From: a virus | Lineage: Duplodnaviria; Caudoviricetes | IMG/VR virus record: IMGVR_UViG_3300035663_000078 | Location: 1-28,006 of that record | Direction: 5' to 3' (one strand) | DNA: 28,006 nt | Shown: one piece after another, positions 19,204 to 27,252 of the stretch | Position numbering within the stretch: position 1 is the first letter of the stretch | How the letters are laid out: the number at the start of each line of letters is the position of its first letter | The notes under the pieces: generated by a model | Databases searched by the model: none | What the model was told of the DNA's origin: nothing | The model's input: only the letters and a program-made list of their open reading frames with translations | Position numbers and translations under genes: made by a program

Positions 19204-20364
19204 ATGAGTAAGAAAAATAAACACATGAAAAAAGATGAGCAGAAATCAACGATTAAGGATTTAGTCCCTAGGGACACTGACTACAAATACTATGGTTATG
19301 AGCCTAATTTTATTATGCAACCTGATCCTGATTTACGTGCACATGCCTTAGCAAGATCGTTTACATGGTATACACGTTTCTTTGACAAAAAAGATGGTAA
19401 AGAAATGTTAGTACAATATTTAGAATGGTTAGGGCATACTGACCATGCCAAAGCAATGCGCAATGTCAGTGATAGTGAATTTATGGTGACCTTATGTTGG
19501 TTAGCTAGAATGAACATGCGTGGTTTAGAATTAACAGACCATGAATCAAATATACTATCAAATGAAGTAACAAGATTATTAGAAACATTAGCCAAACCAA
19601 CCATTATTAAAAAAGAAGAAAGTCATAAACCAAACATACAAGAAATCATGCGTGAACGTGCGCATGAAGTATGTGGTGAACTTGAAGGTGCGTTTGACGA
19701 TTATTTTTTAAGCAGGACTAAAAAACAAACTGAACTTAACACAGTCGCTATATTAACTGAAAAAAATATATTGCCACAGCATGCATCGATTTTAATTGAT
19801 ACTTGGCAAAAAAGATTGGATGAATTTCAATCTGTTTATAACCAAAAAGATAAAGACTTAGTTTTAGGATATTCTCATTTGACTAAAACTCAAATTAAAA
19901 ATTTGATTAAGTTTTGTGAAACCATTATTTCAGATATTAATGGGTATGTTAATATCAAAAAGTCACAGCAACCTGTTAGAAAGAAAAAAGTAGTTACACC
20001 TGAACAGCTTGTTAAAAACATTAAGTTTCAATTAAAAGAAGAAACGTTGGGACTACGTAGTGTCAATCCATCTAAATTAGTTGGCGCAACGGAGATTTGG
20101 TTGTATGATACAGCTAAACGTAGACTATCATATTTGGTTGCTGATCAACATGCACAAACCATGACTGTAAAAGGTACAACTATAGTAGGGTTTGATAGCG
20201 TACAAAGTGGTACAAAAACGTTACGTAAACCTGCTGAACAATTAAAAGAGTTGTTTAGTGGTGGCAAACCTGCAGCTAGAAAGTTTTTTAAGGATATCAA
20301 AACCTTACAAACCATACCTAGTGGTAGGATGAGTGAAACAGTTATTATACTAAAGGTAAATTAA
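19204..20364 (+). CDS. Hypothetical protein, 386 aa, Lys-rich
   Basis: Long ORF with normal codon usage; TAATG coupling to the next gene; no catalytic motif recognised. Confidence 0.8.
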   Translation: MSKKNKHMKKDEQKSTIKDLVPRDTDYKYYGYEPNFIMQPDPDLRAHALARSFTWYTRFFDKKDGKEMLVQYLEWLGHTDHAKAMRNVSDSEFMVTLCWLARMNMRGLELTDHESNILSNEVTRLLETLAKPTIIKKEESHKPNIQEIMRERAHEVCGELEGAFDDYFLSRTKKQTELNTVAILTEKNILPQHASILIDTWQKRLDEFQSVYNQKDKDLVLGYSHLTKTQIKNLIKFCETIISDINGYVNIKKSQQPVRKKKVVTPEQLVKNIKFQLKEETLGLRSVNPSKLVGATEIWLYDTAKRRLSYLVADQHAQTMTVKGTTIVGFDSVQSGTKTLRKPAEQLKELFSGGKPAARKFFKDIKTLQTIPSGRMSETVIILKVN

Positions 20365-20801
20365 TGAAACAAATTGATCTAAACAAATACCAAGATTTTG
20401 TAAAAGCAGTAACAAGTGAAGCAAGTAATGATCTTACTACATTTATGAATAGGTTGGATGTTATTGATGGTAATTATGATTTTGCCAATAATCAACATGG
20501 ACCGAATATTAATGTTCCATTGATGTTAACAGGTGTTATGGGGTTATCTTCTGAAACAGGTGAACTTATGGAAATCGTTAAAAAAATGGTTTTTCAGGGT
20601 AAACCTCTTAATGAAGAAAACTTATTTCACATGAAGCGTGAACTTGGTGATATTATGTGGTATTGGGTTAACATGTGTCGTGCGTTGGACTTAAACCCAA
20701 ATGATGTGATTGCTGAAAATGTAACTAAATTGCAATCACGATATCCAAGTGGTTCATTTGATCCATGGTACAGTGAAAATCGTAAAGAAGGTGATCTTTG
20801 A
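20364..20801 (+). CDS. MazG-like nucleoside triphosphate pyrophosphohydrolase
   Basis: GLSSETGELMEIVKK..KRELGDIMWY..N..KL..RY: ExxE..ExxD metal-binding motif of all-alpha NTP-PPases. Confidence 0.85.
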   Translation: MKQIDLNKYQDFVKAVTSEASNDLTTFMNRLDVIDGNYDFANNQHGPNINVPLMLTGVMGLSSETGELMEIVKKMVFQGKPLNEENLFHMKRELGDIMWYWVNMCRALDLNPNDVIAENVTKLQSRYPSGSFDPWYSENRKEGDL

Positions 20802-20974
20802 ACTTGTTTGTCAAATCTGTTGAAGTAATGCAAACGACAACAGAGCAATCTACATTCAGCATTCTTAAAGGTGAGTGTGGGCATGTGCATGGGTTTGTGT
20901 ATGTTTCACAAGCTTGTTGCTTTATTTGCCCTGATTGTGGCAATCAATATGAAATACAGGATGAAACTGAATAA
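20798..20974 (+). CDS. Small Zn-ribbon protein, 58 aa, absent from the ORF track
   Basis: TTG start overlapping the MazG-like stop (TTGA), AGGTG SD; translates MNLFVKSVEVMQTTTEQSTFSILKGECGHVHGFVYVSQACCFICPDCGNQYEIQDETE. Confidence 0.6.
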   Translation: MNLFVKSVEVMQTTTEQSTFSILKGECGHVHGFVYVSQACCFICPDCGNQYEIQDETE

Positions 20975-20977
20975 ATA
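20970..20977 (+). promoter_or_regulatory. T4-type late promoter-like box AATAAATA
   Basis: 23 nt upstream of the neck gene ATG. Confidence 0.55.
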
Positions 20978-21000
20978 CTTTCACAACCTGAGAGTACATT

Positions 21001-21774
21001 ATGTCCGTTACACCTGTATTACCACCACTTCAACAACAAAAAGAAGCTTTATTCAATAATATTCGCTTACGTTTAGGTGGGGGAATAGTTGATTTAGAAT
21101 TAGATCCTGAGCATTATGAGGCAGCATATCAATATGCGATTGCAACATATAGGCAACGTGCTACTAATGCTTATGAAGAATCGTATAGCCTACTTACCGT
21201 AGAAAATAATCAATACACTTACATCCTTCCACAAGAAGTTACAACAGTACGTGAAGTATTTCGTAGAACAGTTGGTTTAGAGACAGGACCTGCTGCATCA
21301 TCATTTGATCCATTTTCTAGTGCCATTTTAAATACATACTTATTAAACTATAACTATGCAGGTGGATTAGCTACGTATGATTTTTATGCAGGTTATATTG
21401 AGTTAGCTGCACGTATGTTTGGTGGATATGTAATTTTTACGTTTAATCCTGTAACTAAAGAAATTAGTTTTGTGCGTAATTTTAAGGGTAGTGGCGAACA
21501 GTTATTATTGTGGACATACAATATGAAACCTGAAATTACGTTATTGCGTGACCCATCTATTGCAAATTGGATAACAAGTTGGACATTATGTCAGTGTAAG
21601 ATGATTATAGGTGAAGCACGTGAAAAGTTTGCTAGCATTGCAGGACCAACAGGTGGCACTACACTTAATGGTGCAGCCATGAAAGCTGAAGCGAAAGAAG
21701 GTTTTGCTGAATTAATTGATGAACTTAAGCGTTATGTTGATTGGTCACAACCTTTAACTTGGGTACAAGGATAA
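21001..21774 (+). CDS. gp13: T4 gp13-like neck protein
   Basis: IRLRLGGGIVDLELDPEHY N-terminus and KMIIGEAREKF..GGTTLNG..KAEAKE..L..EL C-terminus, typical of gp13 homologues. Confidence 0.8.
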   Translation: MSVTPVLPPLQQQKEALFNNIRLRLGGGIVDLELDPEHYEAAYQYAIATYRQRATNAYEESYSLLTVENNQYTYILPQEVTTVREVFRRTVGLETGPAASSFDPFSSAILNTYLLNYNYAGGLATYDFYAGYIELAARMFGGYVIFTFNPVTKEISFVRNFKGSGEQLLLWTYNMKPEITLLRDPSIANWITSWTLCQCKMIIGEAREKFASIAGPTGGTTLNGAAMKAEAKEGFAELIDELKRYVDWSQPLTWVQG

Positions 21775-21787
21775 TATTCTAAATTAC

Positions 21788-21815
21788 TTGAAATCTGTAA
21801 TAAGTATGACATAAT
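21788..21815 (+). promoter_or_regulatory. Possible sigma70-like promoter
   Basis: TTGAAA-N16-CATAAT with extended -10 TG, upstream of the dNMP kinase. Confidence 0.4.
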
Positions 21816-21835
21816 ACGCCTATGTGGAGGGCATT

Positions 21836-22498
21836 ATGATTGTAGGTATTTGTGGATTAATTGGTAGTGGCAAAGATACGATTGCAAGTTACTTAATTGA
21901 TGAGCATGGGTTTAGACGCATGTCATTTGCTGAAAGTTTAAAAGATGCAACTGCTGCGGTGTTTGGTTGGGATCGTGAAATGCTTGATGGTGTAACCAAA
22001 TCAAGTAGACAATGGCGTGAACAAGTAGATACATGGTGGTCAGAACGATTAGGTATACCCAATCTTACACCAAGAATGGTATTACAACATTGGGGAACAG
22101 AATTATTTCGTAATCATTTTCATGATGAAATATGGGTAGCTAGTGTTGAGCGTAAGCTAATGAAAACCGAAGACAATATAGTGATTACTGATTGTCGATT
22201 TAAAAATGAGGTTGATGCCATACATCGTTCAGGTGGTATTGTAGTACGTGTCAAGCGTGGTCCTGAACCATCTTGGTATGAAGCAGCAGTTTCATATAAT
22301 GCAGGACCAAAAAATATGGGATGGGCACTTGCTAGGAATGAATTAGAACATGCTAAAATTCATGCTAGTGAATATAGTCATTGTGGTTTAAAATTTGATG
22401 CTGTTATAGAAAACGATTCTACTATTGATAATTTACATAGAAAGATTAATAGTCTACTTGAAGATCGCCAACTTTCCATGCACTCTGTTTTCGCTTAA
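21836..22498 (+). CDS. Deoxynucleoside monophosphate kinase (T4 gp1-like)
   Basis: P-loop GLIGSGKDT, SFAESLKD, PRMVLQHWGTE, ITDCRF.NE, HASE; GGAGG SD supports ATG at 21836. Confidence 0.9.
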   Translation: MIVGICGLIGSGKDTIASYLIDEHGFRRMSFAESLKDATAAVFGWDREMLDGVTKSSRQWREQVDTWWSERLGIPNLTPRMVLQHWGTELFRNHFHDEIWVASVERKLMKTEDNIVITDCRFKNEVDAIHRSGGIVVRVKRGPEPSWYEAAVSYNAGPKNMGWALARNELEHAKIHASEYSHCGLKFDAVIENDSTIDNLHRKINSLLEDRQLSMHSVFA

Positions 22499-22790
22499 TT
22501 ACTTCAACACAATTTAGGCATACACTACGTAGGTTAATTAGTTCGCAATTGTTTAAATTGCCATCAACATGCCATACAGTAATTTGTGAAGTATACTGAG
22601 AACGAAACCCACATATATCACATGTGGGTTTTTTCTTATAACCTTTACTTTCCCATTTTGGCTTGGTTTTAGCAAGTTGTTTGTTATTTGCTATACATAT
22701 CGTACATCGTGATCTAAAGTATCGTTTTCCATTACGATAATAAGCAGGTGCACGTGGATTTTTGTTACAAACTTTACAAAATGGTCTCAT
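22446..22790 (-). CDS. Zn-finger/HNH-like protein, 114 aa
   Basis: Four CxxC pairs; VWHVDGNLNNCELINLRSVCLNC resembles HNH (H-x-D-G-N..N..NL..CxNC); 53-nt convergent overlap with the kinase. Confidence 0.75.
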   Translation of the reverse strand: MRPFCKVCNKNPRAPAYYRNGKRYFRSRCTICIANNKQLAKTKPKWESKGYKKKPTCDICGFRSQYTSQITVWHVDGNLNNCELINLRSVCLNCVEVIKRKQSAWKVGDLQVDY

Positions 22791-22795
22791 TCTGC

Positions 22796-22803
22796 TATTT
22801 ATA
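22796..22803 (-). promoter_or_regulatory. T4 late promoter consensus TATAAATA (- strand)
   Basis: + strand TATTTATA, exact consensus, 5 nt upstream of the ATG at 22790. Confidence 0.65.
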
Positions 22804-22810
22804 ATTGTAA

Positions 22811-22824
22811 CTCTACTAGTAGAG
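22811..22824. repeat. Perfect 14-bp palindrome CTCTACTAGTAGAG
   Basis: Self-reverse-complementary; sits between divergent promoter boxes. Confidence 0.85.
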
Positions 22825-22853
22825 GCTTAAACACAGGTTTTTTACAGGTTTAT

Positions 22854-22861
22854 CCTAAATA
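22854..22861 (+). promoter_or_regulatory. Late promoter-like box CCTAAATA
   Basis: TAAATA core 43 nt upstream of the sheath ATG; AGGAG SD follows. Confidence 0.5.
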
Positions 22862-22904
22862 ATAATAATGAAGAAAAACTTCATTTTTATTTAGGAGAAA
22901 CAAT

Positions 22905-25900
22905 ATGGCACTTGTTAGCCCAGGCGTGGAAGTAACAATTATTGATCAAAGTCAGTACTTACCCGCAGGTTCAAATTCAGTTCCAATGCTGTTAATTGCA
23001 ACAGCACAAAATAAGGCAAATGCGTCAGGCACAGGTGTCGCTGTTGCAACAACTGCAGCCAATGCAAATAAATTATATCGTGTGACAAGTCAGCGTGATT
23101 TGGTTACATTGTATGGTAATCCATTTTTCTATAAGACTGCTAATGGCACACCAATTCAAGGTTATGAACTTAATGAGTATGGTTTATTAACTGCGTATAG
23201 TGTTTTAGGTGCAACAAACTTATGTTATGTTTTACGTGCGGATATTGATTTAGCTAGTTTAGTTGGTCAAGTTGGTCGCCCCACAGGTAATCCTGCAGAT
23301 GGTACTTATTGGTTAGATACAACAAACAGTACATGGGGTATGTTTGAGTTTAATGCAACTACAGGTAATTTTAATCTTCAAGCACCTATTATCATTGATA
23401 GTGCAGATGATGTAATTAACTCAACCCAAGAGCCAAAAGGTTATATTGGTAATATTGGTGATTATGCTGTTGTAACAGGTATTACTGATTATGGTTCACC
23501 TGATGCTTTCCATACATATTGGTACAAAGCAGGTGCATATTTAAATTCAGCAGCAGATTCATTATATAATACATGGGTCCCTGTTGGTTCAAGCACATGG
23601 GCACGAACAGTTCCTACATTACAAGGTGGCGCAATTACAGCATCAAGTAGTGTATTGTTAACAATTAGTGTAACACGTGGAGGAACAACATTTAGTGCTA
23701 CGATTAGTTCGGGTACAACTGCTGCATCACTTGCTGCTGCTATTAATGCAATTACTAATGTTCCAAATATTAGTGCATCAGTTGTTAATAATCGTGTTAA
23801 TATTTTCCAAAGTTCAAGTAGCGATACTTCAATTACATTAAGTGATTCTAATAGTGGTGCAGATTGGGCATTATTTGGTTTTACAGTTGGCACACATGTT
23901 AAACCTGTTGTATTTTATGGAACCAATGCTCAGCAACCAAATTGGAGAGCAGGTGGTGCATCACCAAGACCTACAGGTAGTGTATGGATTAAGACTAATG
24001 CAGCAAATAGTGGTACAAATTTAGTTACTAGTGTATACAGCGCATCTACAGATTTGTTTACAACTGTTCCATGCCCATTATATCCTAGTGATCAATCAGC
24101 AAATGCAACGTTAGATCCTGCAGGTGGAAAAAATATTCCTGTTGGTACATTGTTTGCACAGTATGGTTTTGGTTCAGGATTAGGAAAAGCCCCTGTACAA
24201 TTATTCCGTAGAAGTGCATCAGGTTTGTCAGTATTTACAGGAACTAATACAAGTCCTAACTTTGGATTAAGCTCATCTTCATTTGGCGTGTATGTTACAA
24301 CACCAAATAGTTCAGCATTATCTTCACGTTATACTGTTGTATTACCTGCAACATTAACTGCAAAAGGTGCGATTGATTTTGTTGCAGCATGGGCAGCAGC
24401 AAATATTCCTTACACAACTGCCGCAGTATCATCAACGGGTGCGATTGTATTAACACATACAGAAGGTGGTGACATTGTATTAGATGACAATGGTTACTTA
24501 ACATCACCTGCTGATATTGCAGGATTTACTACACAAGCTACATCAGGAGCACCCACCAACTCTAAAGTAGGTCCATACTCAACTGTAACAGTTACTACAG
24601 CAGGTCCAACTGCAGGTACACTAACCATTACAGGTGGTACAGGTACAGGAGCGACACTAACAAGCGTTCAATATACAGGTACAGTAGTTGGAACTATTGC
24701 TGCTAGTGGTGGTACAGGTTATGTAACAGGTGATATTGTTACATTGGGTGGTACAGCTTTAGCACCTCATATTGCATCAGGTCCTTTAACTGCATACGTT
24801 GTTGCGTCAGGTGGAGCAATTTCACAATTATTAGTATATAGTGGTGTAATGGTTCCTGATTTCATGACATGCTTAAGTGATTGGACAGAATTTAGTTACG
24901 AATCTAACGATATCGAACCAAATACATTACCAACCAATAATACCAATTGGTACTATAGCGTTGTTAATGAAGTAGATATCATGGTTAACACAGGTACAGC
25001 ATGGGTTGGTTATCGTAACGCACAGTATGGATCAAATGGTTTATGGTCTGCGACAGCAACAGGTACTACAGATCCTGCAGGTCCGTTAATTAGTTCATCA
25101 CAACCCACAGTACAAAGTGATGGTACACCATTAGTATACGGTGATATTTGGATTGATACAAGTGATTTAGAAAATTATCCATTAGTTAATCGTTGGCAAC
25201 AAGTTGACGGACTAGATCAGTGGGTCTTATTAGACAATACCGATCAAGTTACAGAAAATGGTATTGTATTTGCTGATGCACGTTGGGGTCCAAATAGTGG
25301 TGTAAATCCTGTTACTGATGCTATGCCAACCATTGTTAGCTTATTATCAAGTAATTATATTGATTTAGATACTCCAAGTTATACACTTTACCCACGTGGC
25401 ACATTGTTATTCAATACACGCCGTAGTGGTTATAACGTAAAGCAATTTAGAACAAATTACTTTACATCAGCTAGTTTCCCAAGTGCAGGTGCATACACTG
25501 TGCCAACAACGACACCTGGGAGCTTGCCTGAAGTTAGTTATACATGGGTAACAGCAAGTGGTAACATGACCAATGGTGCACCATATATGGGTCGTAAGGC
25601 ACAACGTGCAATGGTCGTAGCAGCAATGAAGGCATCAATTGACACCAATCAAGAGATTCGTGAAGAAGATACCTACTTTAACTTAATTGCAACACCTAAT
25701 TACACAGAATTGCAACCAAACATGGTCGTATTAAACAATGATCGTGGTCAAACAGGATACATTGTTGGTGACACACCAATGCGTCTTGCTGATAATGCAA
25801 CTGATATTGTAGCATGGGCAACTAATGCAGCGGGTGCAGCACAAAGTGGTGAAGAAGGTTTAGTAACACGTGATACGTACATGGGTATCTACTATCCAAG

Positions 25901-26531
25901 TGGTATTAGTACTGATCTTTCAGGTGCGCTTGTAGCAGTTCCACCAAGCTATATGATCTTACGTACTATTTTACGTAACGATACAATTGCTTATCCATGG
26001 TTTGCTCCTGCAGGTCAGCGTCGAGGTGTTGTTGATAACGCATCTAATATTGGTTACATTAATGCAGCAACAGGTGAATTTGTTGTAACAAAGAATCGTA
26101 TGGCATTACGTGATGTTGAGTACACAAACTTCATTAACCCAATTGCATTCTTTACGAATGTTGGATTATTGAACTTTGGTAACAAGAATAGCTTTGATAG
26201 TCAGAGCGCACTTGATCGTACCAACGTTGCTCGTTTAATTTGCTACTTACGTGAGCGTTTACAAGCAGCAGTTCGTCCGTTCATCTTTGAGCCAAATGAT
26301 GCAATTACACGTTCGCAAGCAAAAGGTGTAGTACAAACATTGCTAGCAGATGTTCAATCTAAGCGTGGTATTTACGATTATCTCGTAGTTTGTGATGAAA
26401 GTAATAATACACCTGCAAGAATTGATGCAAATGAACTTTGGATCGATATTGCAATTGAACCTGTAAAAGCTGTTGAGTTCATTTACATTCCTGTCCGTGT
26501 GTTAAACACAGGTGAAATAAGAGGATTGTAA
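22905..26531 (+). CDS. gp18: Contractile tail sheath protein (T4 gp18-like), 1208 aa
   Basis: N-terminal LVSPGVEV; C-terminal PWFAPAG..RG, INPI, LDRTNVARL, FIFEPND..TR, VCDESNNTP..ID.NEL..IEPVKAVEFIYI. Confidence 0.95.
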   Translation: MALVSPGVEVTIIDQSQYLPAGSNSVPMLLIATAQNKANASGTGVAVATTAANANKLYRVTSQRDLVTLYGNPFFYKTANGTPIQGYELNEYGLLTAYSVLGATNLCYVLRADIDLASLVGQVGRPTGNPADGTYWLDTTNSTWGMFEFNATTGNFNLQAPIIIDSADDVINSTQEPKGYIGNIGDYAVVTGITDYGSPDAFHTYWYKAGAYLNSAADSLYNTWVPVGSSTWARTVPTLQGGAITASSSVLLTISVTRGGTTFSATISSGTTAASLAAAINAITNVPNISASVVNNRVNIFQSSSSDTSITLSDSNSGADWALFGFTVGTHVKPVVFYGTNAQQPNWRAGGASPRPTGSVWIKTNAANSGTNLVTSVYSASTDLFTTVPCPLYPSDQSANATLDPAGGKNIPVGTLFAQYGFGSGLGKAPVQLFRRSASGLSVFTGTNTSPNFGLSSSSFGVYVTTPNSSALSSRYTVVLPATLTAKGAIDFVAAWAAANIPYTTAAVSSTGAIVLTHTEGGDIVLDDNGYLTSPADIAGFTTQATSGAPTNSKVGPYSTVTVTTAGPTAGTLTITGGTGTGATLTSVQYTGTVVGTIAASGGTGYVTGDIVTLGGTALAPHIASGPLTAYVVASGGAISQLLVYSGVMVPDFMTCLSDWTEFSYESNDIEPNTLPTNNTNWYYSVVNEVDIMVNTGTAWVGYRNAQYGSNGLWSATATGTTDPAGPLISSSQPTVQSDGTPLVYGDIWIDTSDLENYPLVNRWQQVDGLDQWVLLDNTDQVTENGIVFADARWGPNSGVNPVTDAMPTIVSLLSSNYIDLDTPSYTLYPRGTLLFNTRRSGYNVKQFRTNYFTSASFPSAGAYTVPTTTPGSLPEVSYTWVTASGNMTNGAPYMGRKAQRAMVVAAMKASIDTNQEIREEDTYFNLIATPNYTELQPNMVVLNNDRGQTGYIVGDTPMRLADNATDIVAWATNAAGAAQSGEEGLVTRDTYMGIYYPSGISTDLSGALVAVPPSYMILRTILRNDTIAYPWFAPAGQRRGVVDNASNIGYINAATGEFVVTKNRMALRDVEYTNFINPIAFFTNVGLLNFGNKNSFDSQSALDRTNVARLICYLRERLQAAVRPFIFEPNDAITRSQAKGVVQTLLADVQSKRGIYDYLVVCDESNNTPARIDANELWIDIAIEPVKAVEFIYIPVRVLNTGEIRGL

Positions 26532-26538
26532 TTCTTGT

Positions 26539-26564
26539 AAAGGGGGTGATTTTAGCCCCCTTTT
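26539..26564 (+). terminator. Intrinsic terminator after the sheath gene
   Basis: AAAGGGGG..CCCCCTTTT hairpin with short U tract. Confidence 0.7.
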
Positions 26565-26568
26565 AAAA

Positions 26569-26576
26569 GATAAATA
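26569..26576 (+). promoter_or_regulatory. T4-type late promoter-like box GATAAATA
   Basis: Directly after the terminator, before the AGGAGG SD of the tube gene. Confidence 0.65.
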
Positions 26577-26596
26577 AGATAAAGGAGGTATACAAA

Positions 26597-27238
26597 ATGG
26601 CTTTTACTTCGATTAGTAAGATGACAGTGCCTCTAGCAGGAGCAACAGAAAACGCTCAGGGCTTGTTAATGCCAAAGTTACAATATCGTTTCCGTGTATT
26701 GTTTAATAATATTGGTGTAGATAAAGCATCGACTGAATTGACAAAACAAGTTATCGATGTTACACGTCCTCAGGTAACTTTCCCGGAAATTCCATTGGAA
26801 ATTTATAACAGTCGTGTATACTTAGCTGGCAAACCTGAATGGCAAGCTATCACGTTGAATTTACGTGATGATGCTACAGGTCAAGTTGCAATGCGTGTTG
26901 GTGAACAACTACAGAAACAATTTGACTTTAGTGAACAAGCTAGTGCTTCAGCAGGAGAGAGTTACAAATTTGGTACTGTTATTCAAATTCTTGATGGTGG
27001 TGGTGGTATTCATACACCACAAGTTTTAGAAACATGGGAACTTTATGGTTGCTTTATTCAAAGTGCAAACTATAATACATTGAATTATGGTGCTAACGAA
27101 CCTGTTACAATTTCTTTAACAATTCGCTACGACAACGCTGTACAGACACCTACCGATAGTGGTCAGGGTATCCAACAGGGTGTTGGTGTTGCAGTTGCAA
27201 GAGCTATAACCGACAACGTAAGTGGTATTGGTGGTTAA
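26597..27238 (+). CDS. gp19: Tail tube protein (T4 gp19-like)
   Basis: Follows the sheath; PKLQYRFRV, YLAGKPEW..ITLNLRDD, WELYGCF, ISLTIRYD. Confidence 0.85.
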   Translation: MAFTSISKMTVPLAGATENAQGLLMPKLQYRFRVLFNNIGVDKASTELTKQVIDVTRPQVTFPEIPLEIYNSRVYLAGKPEWQAITLNLRDDATGQVAMRVGEQLQKQFDFSEQASASAGESYKFGTVIQILDGGGGIHTPQVLETWELYGCFIQSANYNTLNYGANEPVTISLTIRYDNAVQTPTDSGQGIQQGVGVAVARAITDNVSGIGG

Positions 27239-27252
27239 TATTAGTAACTAGT

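Noticed and set aside
20627-21059. Tracked ORFs 20627-20890(-), 20725-20943(-) and 20871-21059(+)
   Set aside because: They overlap better-supported genes; the 20798-20974 Zn-ribbon frame explains the interval
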